Assembly: GCA_019752815.1 (NCBI GenBank)
Contig: JAIELQ010000007.1
Location: 40,922 to 104,921 of the forward strand
Direction of reading: 5' to 3'
DNA: 64,000 bases
Source: Patescibacteria group bacterium
GTDB lineage: Bacteria; Patescibacteriota; Minisyncoccia; Phycocordibacterales; UBA918
Shown: one piece after another, positions 47,983 to 60,400 of the stretch
Numbering within the stretch: the stretch's first letter is position 1
How the letters are laid out: each line of letters starts with the position of its first letter
Notes under the pieces: generated by a model
Database searches by the model: none
Seen by the model: the letters and a program-made list of their open reading frames with translations, nothing else
Told to the model about the DNA's origin: nothing
Program-made: the position numbers and the translations under genes

Positions 47983-49756
47983 ATGGATAAGCAAAAAACT
48001 CTACAAAATATTCTAGTGCCTGCCACTCCGGCAGCATTTTTGTGGTTTATTACTAAACCATACATGTGGGGAGCCGCATTTACGGTACTTTTTACTATTG
48101 GATCTGCCGCAATGTCACAATCGCTAACACTATTTTTTAAATGGATTGTGGAAGCAATTGAAGCGCAAGATGTGAATTCTGCGTTGTGGTACGGTCTTAT
48201 GTTTCCAGTAGCGGTTTTTTTAGCACAAGTTTTAATGCGTCTGAGTAGTGTTATAGCGGCAATATATTGGTTTCCTTCCTCACGAAAATTTGCTAATGAC
48301 ACGTTGGTAAGCTATACCTTAAACCATAGTCATACGTACTTCTCAAACCGATTTAGTGGTTCATTGTTAACAAAGGTGAACAATGTTATCGGAGCGGTTG
48401 AGAGTTTGCTACACGATATTGTTTGGTCATATTTAAGTCTGGCTGTTTCACTCCTGCTGTCGTTTTATTTTATATGGACAGTTGACGTCATTGCAGCAAG
48501 TATTTTTGTTGTACTTATATTGTTCATAGTATTGGTAAATAAGATAATGTTACCAAAAAAGCGAATGTTATCTCGACAAACTGCTGCTGCCGGAAGTAAA
48601 ATGCGCGGGGCAATAGTGGATGTATTCGGAAATATGTCAGCTGTTAGACAATATTCTGCTCAAAGTGAAGAACGCAGTCAGTTGGCAAAGCTCAGTAACG
48701 ATTGGACAGTCCTTCAAAGAAAGAACTGGCTCTATACAGACCTTACCCAAGCTATCAATGCTGTTATTCTTTTTATCTGTGCAGGTACGATGTTTTACTG
48801 GTTGGTTTTGCGTTGGGAAGGAAATGAAATTACCTCCGCAGAATTCATTTTTGTACTTGCAATTATTGCTCAATTAACCGGGAATTTAATTTTTATTGGG
48901 AGAATGATGGTAAATGCTGCTCGTGTGGCTGGTGAAATGGAAGAGGGGTTAAAGGAACTTATTGTTCCGTATGAAATTACTGATTCAGAAGCAGCGTCAA
49001 AACTTATTGTGCAAAATGGCAGAATAAACGTACGCGACGTTTCGTTTGAGTATGAAAATAATAAAGTATTTACTGATTTTAATCTCAACATTGAATCAGG
49101 GCAACGGGTGGGTCTGGTCGGCGCTTCGGGGGCGGGGAAGTCGACATTTGTGTCGCTCTTATTACGGCAACATGATGTAACGACGGGGGCCATTATGATT
49201 GATGGGCAAAATATTGCTGAAGTGACCCAGGACTCGTTACGCAATGCCATTGCAGTCGTGCCGCAAGAGCCAGCGTTATTCCACCGTTCAATTCGAGAAA
49301 ATATAGCCTACGGGAAACCAGACGCTACTCAAGAAGAGATAGAAGCGGTGGCGCGTAAGGCCCAGGCACATGATTTTATTGTCACGTTACCTCAAGGGTA
49401 CGATACGTTGGTGGGTGAGCGGGGAGTAAAGTTATCAGGTGGTCAAAAAACAACGAGTAGCAATTGCGCGAGCAATGCTAAAAGATGCTCCGATTCTGGT
49501 ATTGGATGAAGCTACTTCAGCGCTTGATAGTGAAAGTGAGGTTGAAATCCAAAAGGCGCTTCATATATTAATGAATGGCAAAACGGTAATTGCAGTAGCT
49601 CATCGCCTGTCGACATTGCGGGAGATGGATCGAATTATTGTGTTGGAAAATGGGAAAATTATCGAAGACGGCACCCACGAGACCTTAAAAGATGCTGGTG
49701 GTACGTATTCCAAGCTATGGAGTCATCAGGCAGGCGGGTTTATCAATGAAAAATGA
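47983..49756 (+). pseudogene. ABC exporter (MsbA/MdlB-like, permease plus ATPase), frameshifted by one extra A at 49445-49450
   Basis: GASGAGKST. Removing one A restores [14 protein letters not shown]...[12 protein letters not shown]...AHRLST. Confidence 0.85.
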
Positions 49757-49915
49757 GCTACAGAGTGAGAAAGTCTGCGAGACTTTCGTAAGAGGTTGCC
49801 AGCTTTTTTTGTAAAAAACGATAACCTGAACCGTTTCTGTAAGAAGTAGCGACAATGGCGAATTTTGTTCCGAGTTTACCCCTTCATAGGGTAAACTCCT
49901 GGAACTTGTACTTGT
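49752..49915 (+). repeat. Family D structured repeat, copy D1 (interrupted by F2)
   Basis: aatgagctacaga[F2]gtagcgacaatggcgaattttgttccgagttt-accc..gggt-aaactcctggaacttgtact. Homologous to 51958-52044; a degenerate fragment lies at 49956-49977. Confidence 0.85.
49765..49846 (+). repeat. Family F three-hairpin element, copy F2
   Basis: GTGAGAAagtct-gcg-agactTTCGTAAGA-ggttg...ttttGTAaaaa...taacc-TGAACCG-TTTCTGTAAGAAG. Confidence 0.85.
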
Positions 49916-50041
49916 GCTGATTTTATACCACTTCACCATCTAACTGAACTATTAACGACAATGGTGAATTATGTTCCAAAACTGCATATATATGTACACA
50001 AGAATGAAAAATTGAGGTCAGTACACGGTACAATATAGGTA

Positions 50042-51955
50042 ATGAGCGCTTTTCCGTATGCGTGGTTTCTCAGAGCCAGTCTAGTGTTGGTTGTTATTTT
50101 TTGTGCGATTATGGTAGTGCCTGATTTGTCGTGGGCCCGCAATATCCAGGAGTACAAAAACACGATTTCTAATTCAGGTCCGGAGCAGCCGAGTAACCAC
50201 ACGTTATCGTTTACGTTAACTACAGCAGTTAGCCCTGGTGCCTATATGGAATTCATTCCGCCTGCCGGATTTGAAACATTAAATTCACCTAATTTTAGCG
50301 AACGGAATGTTGAGTTGATTATAAACGGTGTGTCTCGTTCGGCTGGTGCAGTTCAAACTGCTACGGACGATATGGTAGAAATTTTCCCTGGTGCACCAGG
50401 GATGGTACGGTACACATTAAACACCAGTACCGGTATTTCATCGGGGTCTTCAATACAGTTTAAAGTTGGAAATCATACAACTGATGCGGTACCACTCGTG
50501 TTCACGTTTTCGCCAGGTTTTGGAACTTCATCATCCCCGCTTGATATTAAGCCTATAAAAAATAGTGCAGATACTGGTACACATTCAGTTGATTTTAAAA
50601 TCTATGATGGAGGAGTGGTGGCTGATGCTGGTTTTGTAATTGCGATTGTTGATGGCGTGGGTGTGGGGCCGGCAGATACCACTGAGGAAGTACCGCCACA
50701 ACGTTTTAATGGAGCACCGGCAAATTTTGTTGGTGGTACGACCCAGTCAGTTGAAGTTTCTTTAGAGACCGATGAGTTTGCTGTTTGTAAATTTTCTTCT
50801 TCAACCGGTGTTGACTACAGCGCGATGACGAGTACGTTTACCAATACCGGTACGATTTTCCATACGCGAATTGTTCCAGTTAATCCACAAACTACCTACA
50901 GCTTTAATGTGCGCTGTATTGACGATGAAGGAAACTTTAACATTGACGATTATCTTATTGAATTTTTGGTTGGTGCTATTCCAACCGGTACACCAACAAC
51001 GACTGGTTCCACTACCGCTGCCGGATCGGGTTCGGGTACTGGTACCGGCGGTTCTGGTTCAGGGTCGGGTTCTGGTAATACTACAAGTGGATCAAACGGT
51101 TCAGGTGGAACACCAGGTAGTCAAACTGGTAGTGGCGGTACGGGCGGCGGTGGCGGTGGCGGTTCTGGTGGCGGTTCGGGCGGCGGTGGCGGCGGTGGTT
51201 TTGAAAGTACCGATGGCCCGTACCGGAGTGGAGATGGACAGGTAACTATTACCGGATTTACAGCACCCCGCAGTGCAGTAGCTTTTTTGGTTGACGGAAA
51301 AATTGCTAAAACCGCTACTGCTGGTGGTAACGGTGAATATACGGTTGTGCTTGATTTAATAGCGCGCGGTGCGTACACGTTCGGGGTGTATTCAACTGAT
51401 GCTGCCCGAGTTAAAACATCTACGTTTAGTACTTCGTTTACGGTTACCGGTGCTCGGGCATCAAACCTCTCGAACATTATGATACCGCCTTCAATTCTTG
51501 TTAGTCCCGATCCGGCGACACCTGGTTCTCCGATTACTATTTCTGGGTACACACTCCCTAATGCTACGGTCACTCTTGAAAACGAAAAAGACGGTAGTGC
51601 TGCGTCACGAAAAGTATTTACCGGGACCTCTAATGCTAGTGGTGCTTATAGTATTTCTGTTGACAGTAATGGTTTTACAAATGGCACTTACAAGGTACGC
51701 GCAAAAGCTGTGCAGGCGTCGGGGCTACAGACAAACTTTTCCAACTACACACTGTATGGTGTAGGCGAAGCTGCTAACCGAGCATTAAACACTGATCTTA
51801 ATCGAGATGGAAAAGTGAACCTTGTCGACTTTTCGATTTTGCTTTTCTGGTGGGGAACAGCTGGCGGAGATTCAAACCCTCCAGCAGATATTAACAGTGA
51901 TACGAGAGTTAACTTGACGGACTTTTCTATCCTGCTCTTTAACTGGACCGGATAA
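50042..51955 (+). CDS. Secreted protein with Ig-like domains, Gly/Ser linker and C-terminal dockerin
   Basis: Duplicated Ca-loop DLNRDGKVNLVDFSILL / DINSDTRVNLTDFSILL. N-terminal domain similar to 44832 (SNHTLSFT vs SNHTIQFT). Confidence 0.85.
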   Translation: MSAFPYAWFLRASLVLVVIFCAIMVVPDLSWARNIQEYKNTISNSGPEQPSNHTLSFTLTTAVSPGAYMEFIPPAGFETLNSPNFSERNVELIINGVSRSAGAVQTATDDMVEIFPGAPGMVRYTLNTSTGISSGSSIQFKVGNHTTDAVPLVFTFSPGFGTSSSPLDIKPIKNSADTGTHSVDFKIYDGGVVADAGFVIAIVDGVGVGPADTTEEVPPQRFNGAPANFVGGTTQSVEVSLETDEFAVCKFSSSTGVDYSAMTSTFTNTGTIFHTRIVPVNPQTTYSFNVRCIDDEGNFNIDDYLIEFLVGAIPTGTPTTTGSTTAAGSGSGTGTGGSGSGSGSGNTTSGSNGSGGTPGSQTGSGGTGGGGGGGSGGGSGGGGGGGFESTDGPYRSGDGQVTITGFTAPRSAVAFLVDGKIAKTATAGGNGEYTVVLDLIARGAYTFGVYSTDAARVKTSTFSTSFTVTGARASNLSNIMIPPSILVSPDPATPGSPITISGYTLPNATVTLENEKDGSAASRKVFTGTSNASGAYSISVDSNGFTNGTYKVRAKAVQASGLQTNFSNYTLYGVGEAANRALNTDLNRDGKVNLVDFSILLFWWGTAGGDSNPPADINSDTRVNLTDFSILLFNWTG

Positions 51956-51957
51956 AA

Positions 51958-52044
51958 AATGAGCCACAGAGCGTAGCGACAATGGCGAATTTTGTTCCGA
52001 GTTTGCTCCTTTCCTAGAGCAAACTCCTGGAACCTGTACTCGTT
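51958..52044 (+). repeat. Family D structured repeat, copy D3 (uninterrupted)
   Basis: aatgagccacagagcgtagcgacaatggcgaattttgttccgagttt-gctc..gagc-aaactcctggaacctgtactcgtt, 2 nt after the stop. Confidence 0.85.
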
Positions 52045-52081
52045 GAGATGATATCTATTGATGTTTGAATTTTTCCTTGAC

Positions 52082-52166
52082 CTTCTTACAGAAGCTGTGC
52101 ACTCATTGGATATTTTTACAAAATCTCTCAATGAGTCTTGCGAAGTGACATCGAGTCACTTCTCAC
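52082..52166 (-). repeat. Family F three-hairpin element, copy F3
   Basis: Reverse complement reads GTGAGAAgtgac-tcgat-gtcacTTCGCAAGA-ctcattg...ttttGTAaaaa...caatgag-TGCACAG-CTTCTGTAAGAAG. Confidence 0.85.
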
Positions 52167-52324
52167 CTCGAATAGCACTCGTTTTAGAAACAATTACTAA
52201 CAAATTTAAACTGAGCTAAATATTTAAAACTAAAGAAGCGAAAAGATAAATTTTGTTTAGTTAAGTCTAAAGTTGTGGGTAACAGCAAGGTCATACATAT
52301 ATATGTACTATAATAATTAAAAGT

Positions 52325-52789
52325 ATGTCATTTTTACAACGTCTCAAAGGTCGTGGCGTTAAGTCAGACGAGGCACTACAATCGAGTGAAGAAGAAACGG
52401 CAGTTGATAAAGTTGCCCAGCTCGATGTTGATGTGTTCCAAACTGAACGCACGATTATTATATACGCACAAGCGGCTGGAGCCGATATGAATGACGTGCA
52501 CGTGTCTATTGAGGGCGATGCTGACATTGTGTTAATCGAAGGGCGTCGCATCCGTCCAGAGTTCATTGTCTTCCCGAAGAGTAAACCGCATGGTGCCTAT
52601 TTTACAGAGGAATGTATCTGGGGAGATTTTTATCGTCGCATTATTTTGCCGGAGAGTGTGGAAATTGAAAAAGCTGAAGCTAAAATTAAAAATGGAGTAT
52701 TGATTTTGATTTTACCGTTACTCAAACCAGAAGAGAAAGAAAAAGTTAAATTAAAAATAACTCCCGATCGTAAGCGATCACGATTGTAG
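52325..52789 (+). CDS. Hsp20/alpha-crystallin small heat-shock protein
   Basis: LDVDVFQT...AG....V.VSI...IEGRR...ECIWGDFYRRIILP...AKIKNGVLILILP. Confidence 0.9.
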   Translation: MSFLQRLKGRGVKSDEALQSSEEETAVDKVAQLDVDVFQTERTIIIYAQAAGADMNDVHVSIEGDADIVLIEGRRIRPEFIVFPKSKPHGAYFTEECIWGDFYRRIILPESVEIEKAEAKIKNGVLILILPLLKPEEKEKVKLKITPDRKRSRL

Positions 52790-52799
52790 ATGTATCGGT

Positions 52800-54374
52800 A
52801 TGCAGCAAAATCAAATTCGTAAAAATGTTCCTATGTTCTCAATCTCATACAAAGTAATAACAAAATTCCTATTCGCACTTGTGTTTGGTTTTTTTGCGTT
52901 TGCCACACCCTCATTTGCCGCCGATCTTTTGATGTCACCGGCGACTGGTAATTTTTCAGTTGGTCAAACATTTACCGTTAATGTACTCGTGTCACCAGCC
53001 GGTTCAAGTGTAAATGCTGTGGAGGCAGGACTAAAGTTTAACCCTGCAGTTTTGTCGGTAGTGAGTTTTAGCAAGGCCTCAACATTTTCTTTGTGGACGA
53101 CCGAACCAACATTTTCTAATACCGCCGGAACATTTACGTTTGGTGGTGGTAGTCCGGCTCCATTTACTGCTCAGTCAAATATTTTAACGATTACGTTTCG
53201 AACGATTGCTGCCGGGTCAGGATCTCTCACCGTTGCGAACGCTTCTATCTTGGCTGCAGACGGGCGCGGAACAGACGTATATAAAAATGGTTCACCGGGA
53301 ACATATACTGTAGCTGCCGGCACAGTTCCTCCACCACCAACCCCGACACCAACCCCGACACCAACTCCTACTCCGGCCACCCCAACCCCAGCTGCTGATG
53401 AAGACGATGAAGAAGCTATTGTGTTCGGAGATCCACCACGTGCTCCAGAAGTAGGTTCACCATCGTTCTTGGATCCAGAGTTGTGGTATAAAAATACCGA
53501 AGGAGCATTCTCCTGGACACTACCATTTGACGTAAACGTAGTGGCAGTCGAACTTTCAACGAGTTCAGAAAACCAGCCTGACCTTAACAAAGATGCGGTC
53601 TACGATCCACCAATAGATGAGTTCAAAGTAAGTAGAGAGAATCTGATTGATGGTATACAGTACTTGAGTATTAAGTACAAAAATCAGGTAGGTTGGGGAG
53701 CAGTATTAAACCGAAAGATTCAAATCGATACCACTGCACCGGAAGCTTTCGTGATTGATGTTCGCGCTGCTAACTCTACTACTGGCTTCCCGCAATTAAA
53801 CTTCGAAGCCAAAGATGCTACGTCTGGTATTGATTACTATGAAATGACAATTGCCGATAAAGAACCATTCAAAGTTACCCCAGATGAAGCAAAGATTGGA
53901 TACCTACTTAAAGAACTTGAAGATGGAACCTATACCATTAAAGTAGTTGCCTACGACAAAGCTGGTAATTCACGTGAAAGTACCGTAGCAGTACTTATTA
54001 CCGCCGGGTGGATCAAGCCAGCAGAAGTGATTGAAGAAAAGACCCTGTTTGACTTCCTCACAGCAACAAACCTATTTATTCTGTTCCTCCTCACTGTTAT
54101 CGGAATGATGCTTGGATATCTCTGGTACGATCGCAAACAAAATAAAATTAAAGAAGAGAAATTGCGTCGAGAAACAAGAGAGATTCAAGATCAAATGGAA
54201 AAAATCTTCTCTGCCTTGCGCGATGAAATCTATGATCAGATCAACTTGATAACGAAGAGGCCACGTCTATCGCAGAAAGAAAAAGAGGCAGTGGAGGGAC
54301 TCAACCAAGCACTCGAAGTATCAGAGACCTTGATTGAAAAAGAAATCAATGATGTAAAAACAATTTTGAAGTAA
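52800..54374 (+). CDS. Membrane-anchored cohesin-domain protein
   Basis: Signal peptide; VGQTFTVNVLV...VNAVEAGLKFNPAVLSV...ILTITF...ILAADGRGT cohesin-like; (PT)n linker; DTTAP Ig-like domains; TM and cytoplasmic coiled coil. Confidence 0.82.
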   Translation: MQQNQIRKNVPMFSISYKVITKFLFALVFGFFAFATPSFAADLLMSPATGNFSVGQTFTVNVLVSPAGSSVNAVEAGLKFNPAVLSVVSFSKASTFSLWTTEPTFSNTAGTFTFGGGSPAPFTAQSNILTITFRTIAAGSGSLTVANASILAADGRGTDVYKNGSPGTYTVAAGTVPPPPTPTPTPTPTPTPATPTPAADEDDEEAIVFGDPPRAPEVGSPSFLDPELWYKNTEGAFSWTLPFDVNVVAVELSTSSENQPDLNKDAVYDPPIDEFKVSRENLIDGIQYLSIKYKNQVGWGAVLNRKIQIDTTAPEAFVIDVRAANSTTGFPQLNFEAKDATSGIDYYEMTIADKEPFKVTPDEAKIGYLLKELEDGTYTIKVVAYDKAGNSRESTVAVLITAGWIKPAEVIEEKTLFDFLTATNLFILFLLTVIGMMLGYLWYDRKQNKIKEEKLRRETREIQDQMEKIFSALRDEIYDQINLITKRPRLSQKEKEAVEGLNQALEVSETLIEKEINDVKTILK

Positions 54375-54482
54375 ATTTGCTCATCAATCCCCAGAGTTTG
54401 ATGATATAACGCCCAGGCTTAACTGCCTGGGCGTTATACTATAATGAGCCCCGTTTTCTATGTGCGTGGGTTTTAAAAAGTC

Positions 54483-57400
54483 GTGATACGTCCGTTTAAG
54501 TTACTAAAGAAATCGACCTTTGGAGCACTACTAACAATTACTGTTATTAGTGGTTTTGTCGTGTACGGAGCTTATATTGATCGGACAGTGTACACCACCG
54601 AACAACTAGTCATTATCCCTGGTAAAGTAACGTCAGATTCGTGGCTTGGTTTGGAATCAGTGTTAGTGCAAGATATTTCTGAATACTCTCTCTATCAAGA
54701 CTTTACACAAAAAAATTCAGCCTATATTTCAGAACTAGGATTGTTTTCAGCACAAGAGAGTGAGGATGCTCCAACACCGGATGAGCCAAATGAAGTGTCT
54801 ATTGATGGCGACTCTGCTTCAAGCAGTGACGAAGTTCCAAGTACTGACAGTGAGTCAGGTGGTTCAGAGAATGGTGACAATGAGTCGTCTGAGACTGATG
54901 CACCTACTGCTGAAACATCACAACCAGAACCAGAGTCTGAACCTGAACCACAACCAGAACCATCTTCTGAATCTGAGTCAGTATCATCAATTACAAATCC
55001 AGGAGATCCAGTATGGGGTGTATTTACGAAAACCAATAACCGCTTTTTGTTGGCGCAGGCGATTGTGACTGAAGAAGCTTCTGAACCTGAACCTGCTTCT
55101 TCACCAGAACCTGAACCAGCGGTCGTGACTACAGAAGAGTCAGGTACCGAAGAGACTGCTGTAGTGGACAATGTGCCAGTAGCTGAAGAGACTCTTGAAA
55201 CTGCTGTCACTGAAGAATCAGTGGAGACTACACCGGAAGGTAGTGGGGCAACTAATGAAGGTGAAGAAGCAGAAATTCCTGTCAGCGAATCAATTGAGGG
55301 TCAATCTGAGGCAGAGCCTGCAACAGAAGAAGATACAAGTAACGATTACGTGATGGCACCGTGCGATCCTGCAAGTGGATGTGCAACCCATAGTATGTTG
55401 TTCTCTGATTTCTTGATGCCGGATTTTGACGGTGGTACTGTTCTAGATTCAATTCAACTGCGGTTATCACTGGCCGCACAAACAAAACAAAATCGTGGAG
55501 AAGGGCCACAACGTTTTTTGGTTGAGTACACATACGACACTAGTACAACGTCTACCGACTGGATTACTGCTTCTGTACTAGATATTGATGATGAAATCAG
55601 TAACAGTATTAACGGCGGATATTACCTGCTCTCATTACAGCCGCCAAAAACTGCAGGTGAGATTGCTAACTTACAAATTAAAGTTTCCTATCAAGGGAAT
55701 GTGAGCGATTTGGAAACAGCCTACGTTGAAGGCATGTGGCTCGAAGTTACTTCAGGTAAGTTTTTTGAAGAGGGAGCTGGTGAAGCGTATAGTGATGAAG
55801 TAACCTACGGTCGTGATTTGTTGGCGCCAGAGCTTAACACATTAAACAACGCTGATCTCGATCCAACATTGGGGACGTTGCCACAATTTACACTCTCCTA
55901 TGATCCGCAACAAGGATTCTTTAACCGTATTTTTAGAACACTATTTTCAGAGAACACATTTGTTGTCGAGCGTATCAATTTAACAGATAGTAATGGTGAT
56001 GCTATTGAAGTGCCATTTGGAATTGAGTATCACGACAATGAAACATGGACTATGAAGGCGCAACAAATGCCTCATAAATTACGACCGGGTAAATACCTAG
56101 TGACTGTTGATATTCTAGAAAATGAAGAACGATATACTGATACGTTTGAATTTTACTGGGGGGTATTGGCAGTCAATACCAAGAAAAGTATGTATTTCCC
56201 CAATGAGGAAGTCCAACTCAATCTCGCAGCCTTAACTGACAAGGGCGATACTATTTGTAACGCTAATTTGGAACTTAAGATTATCGATCCCAAAGGAACT
56301 ATTACTGAAGTACCTGTCAATCAGTCAGGTGCATGTGGGCCAAATAACGTCACCGATATCCCAGACTACATTGCTGAATTCTCCAATACTGGAGAATGGG
56401 GTGCATACACTATTCAATTGCAGCATAAAAATGCCTCAGGAGAAGTTGTGCATAAAATTTCTGATAGTTTTGAAGTTCGTGATTACATTCCATATGATAT
56501 TGAGCGCACTGCACCAACACGTATTTATCCACCTGCCCCCTACGATGTAACGCTAAAAGTAAAAGCATATCGTGATTTTACGGGTGATGTTACCGAGCGT
56601 GTCCCGCGTGGGTTTGTAATTGAAGGTCTTGAAGGAGCTTTGGTCAGTACCTTGCCGGAGTACACATTAATTACCTGGCCGGATGTGACAATGATGGAAG
56701 GTGATGAGCGAACCTTCTCATATAATTTTGATGCCCCTGACATCAGTCCGTACATGTATCTCCTGGGGCCACTTGATATGGATGGGTTTAGTGAATTGCG
56801 TCAATGGCAGGTGGCTTCTGATGCGTTAAATAACATCGGCTGGTTTACCGGTACACGCACGGTAGCTAGTTCCAGTTTAAATACCGCTCCGAGCCCAATG
56901 CAGTGGTCAACCAGTTCAATTGATAATTATTACTACACTCACTCTACCTCTTCTGATTCGCAACGAGTGACTTTACGACAAAGTGGTGATTATTTAGTGT
57001 CAGTTAACCTCCCGCAACAGCGAGCCGATATTAATGTTAGTCGCACTCGGGCTGCTATTGAAGTTCGAAAAAACGGTGTTGCCGTTCCGGAAGGTTTAGG
57101 TCGCAGTGGTTACATTACGGGAGGTAACGGCGCAGTGCACTCGGAGTCATCCTCCAACGTTTCGTTTTTGATGACGGGAGTTACCGCTAACGATTATATT
57201 GAGATATTTGTTGAGAATCTCACTACAATTGATGCGGGGGATGTGATTAATGTCAGTGGATTAGCTTCAATGTATATTGAGTATTTGCGACCTACGGAAA
57301 CAGTGTTTGCCGCTACCACTACCAGAACAACAAACTCTACAAATTTTAACCAAGTTACCGCTTTTCCTCTTGAGTGGATTGAAACACGTCAAGATGCTGG

Positions 57401-60400
57401 ATTCTCTCACTCAAATACCATAACACCACAAAATATCACCCTGACTGCAACAGGTACGTACATGGTTCATGTAAACCTGCCGTTACAACATACAAATGCC
57501 CAACAAAACATTGCCGGGCGCATCTTGCTTGATGGTGCAGTTGTAAGTGGCGGTCATTTTGGTCAGGGATTTTCGGACGGGAATGCAAACGAAAGTGATG
57601 GGGACTCCAGTATTCATTTCTCGGGTGTTATCATCGCTACGTCAACTAATCAAGTCCTTACAGTAACAGCTGCGCGCGAGGGTAATACTGGAACAACAAC
57701 TGTGCCTGCAGGGTTTACTGGTTCGATAGTTATTCAAAAATTACCAACCTCAGGTGTTATTGCGTTGCGGGGACGGGATTTGGTAGGTGGTACAAACTGG
57801 AACTCAGCTGTTGCTTCATCAACCAGGTTCAATACACAATTAGCATACGACAATAGTGTTTTTACTCATTCAACAACTACTAATAATCACCAGATTACTG
57901 TTAACCAGAGTGGAGATTATATTTTGAATTTCACTGACGCTGTTACCTCAGCGACACAATTCGTAAACAATAGAATTACTGTCTCAGTAGGAAGTACAAC
58001 TGTTACCGGTGCACAATCCAAATCAAACTTCTTGCGTAACTTAAATGCTGCCAATGAAGCGTCCACCAACCTGGTTTTCCTCCTGGAGAATGTGACAGCT
58101 GGTCAAATAATTACGGTAAATTCACAACAAGAAGGAGCTGCCGGCACTATCAGTACAACGACTGATGCCACGTTATTGTTGTGGAAAAAAGCAGATTTAA
58201 ACTTCCGGGCAATAGCACCAACAATGTTTGCAACTCCGTTTGATAATGCGCGCTTTGCATCCACTACTCCTTGGTTTGATTTTCAAAGTAACGATCCTGA
58301 TGGTTCGTCTGATATAGAATATGAATTTTCGATTTCAACATCGTCTGATTTTGCAACTGCGACTATTCGAGTTTCGGGTACTGATGCCGGCTTCTCAAAT
58401 ACAGCCTCAACTTCGGATACGTCACCATTTGTAGAGGCTAATCGCGTACGGTTCCAACTTCAGCCTGCAGATACACTGACTGACCTTACAACGTATTACT
58501 GGCGTGTTCGAGCACGAGATGTGAGTGGTTCTGGTGAGTTTGGGGACTATTCTACAACCCAAAGTTTCTCTATTAATACCGGAGATACGGTACCGAATTG
58601 GTATCAAACGCTTTCAGGTCAATTCCAAACCAACTCGTTGTTTGGCGCTATTTCAAATGATCTGGAAAATAACGTTAGAGTAAACTCAACAGTTAGTTCA
58701 GAAATAATGGTGGCGTACGGCGATAGTACTAGTGCAACACCAAAGTACCGATTGTGGGGTGGTACGAGTTGGGGGATTGAACAGTCTGCGATCAGTGTTT
58801 CGGGTACGATTAACTGGGTACGGTTGGCTTCTGGTGTGAAGCGAGATGAATATATGCTCGTAACGCTAGATCAAAGTAATGACACCTTTGCGCAGGTATA
58901 CAATGCCACGTCTTCAACGTGGGGCAGCAGAACATTGCTCGCTGACAACGTGGCTGATGTAACTCGTCGCGGTATTGCTGTTGGGTATGAGAGTGTCTCG
59001 GGAGACGCAATGGTTGTATCTTGTGATAACACAAAAAATCCGGTATATCGTATTTGGAATGGTAGTACTTGGTCTGCAACTACCAGTATTACAACGGTCG
59101 TCACTGGAGTGTGTAACTTCCTTGAGTTAGCTTCTGACCCAGCATCAGATGAGATGATTTTGGTGGTGCGCGATAGTGGAGCAGCGATTGGAAACAACTA
59201 CGAAGCGTTGGTCTGGGACGGAAACGCGTGGGGTAATAGTCGTGTGTTTGGTTCGGTTCAGGCTGGGCAACTGTTGCGGGCTGGTATCGGTCTAAAATAT
59301 GAGTCGTCTGGTGACCAGGCGATGGTGGCGGTTACTAACGGTGGTAATAACAACTTTATTTATACAACCTGGACTGGTACTGGATGGACCAGTAATGCCA
59401 CTCAGCCACTCTTTAACGATTTCGAGTTCGGTACTCTGGTGTCTGATCCAAACTCGGACAAATTGACCCTTTGTTACATTAATGATAGTGCGCGTGTAGG
59501 TGCGGTACGGTGGGACGGTGGAGTTTGGTCGACATTTGTTGATTTATCAAACACCGGTAACTCTCAAGCGGGACGACCGATTGATTGTGAGTTTGAAACA
59601 ACTGCTGGCCGTTCAGGAAATATTTTAGCTACCTATTCGGATACTACCAATTTGCGCTACCAAGTATATGCAACCTCATCCTGGGGTGGGCAGCAAACAG
59701 TCACCGGAGTAGGTTCTGGGGCCGGGTTATTCTGGGTGCAAACCGAGCGGGCAGGGGATGGGACAATTGTAGCGCTCTCTCATGACGATGCGGTTGCCGG
59801 TGACGAGCTTGAGTCATCGTATTGGAACGGTACAAGTTGGTCTACCAAACAAGTAATTGCGCCTAATCCATCTTCAATTATCGGTGCTCCGTATGAGACT
59901 TTTGAAATGGCGGCCAAACGGTATCAATTTACTCAAGGAATTGTTACAACACAACCAATAACATTTACAAGTGTTTCAGGTCAGCCAACGTGGGGTGATT
60001 TGACGTTTAGTTCAACTGAACCATTCGGGACTGATGTGACAGTGCGCTTAAAATACACGAGCACGACAACATGTGATACCTATATCCCTAATGGTGTTTT
60101 GGCGGGTAATGGCACTGGTTTTGATACTGCGTCGCTACCGGTAAACTTAACTGCTCTTTCAACTACAACCTATAGTCAAATTTGTCTTGAGGCCACTTTG
60201 ACAACTTTTGGTTCGGCGAGTGCGTCTCTCGACGACTGGTCATTGTCATGGGTACGTAAACCAAAACTTACTCAAAATGCATTTCGCTGGTATGGTAACG
60301 GTAGTTTCCTGACTCCAACCGACCCGTGGCCACTTGGGGTACTTGATGTGCTCGAAAACACCGCACTTACCGCCAATGAGTCGGTAAATCTCAATGATGT

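Noticed and set aside
49441-49455. Programmed frameshift in the ABC transporter
   Set aside because: One extra A in a homopolymer breaks the conserved LSGGQKQR signature. A sequencing error or simple mutation is far more likely.
49846-49870. HDV-like ribozyme suggested by AATGGCGAAT in family D
   Set aside because: The nested P1/P2/P3 double pseudoknot could not be built upstream in either copy.
50990-53395. Short tandem DNA repeats (ggcggt, ccaaccccgaca)
   Set aside because: They are explained by Gly/Ser and Pro/Thr protein linkers.
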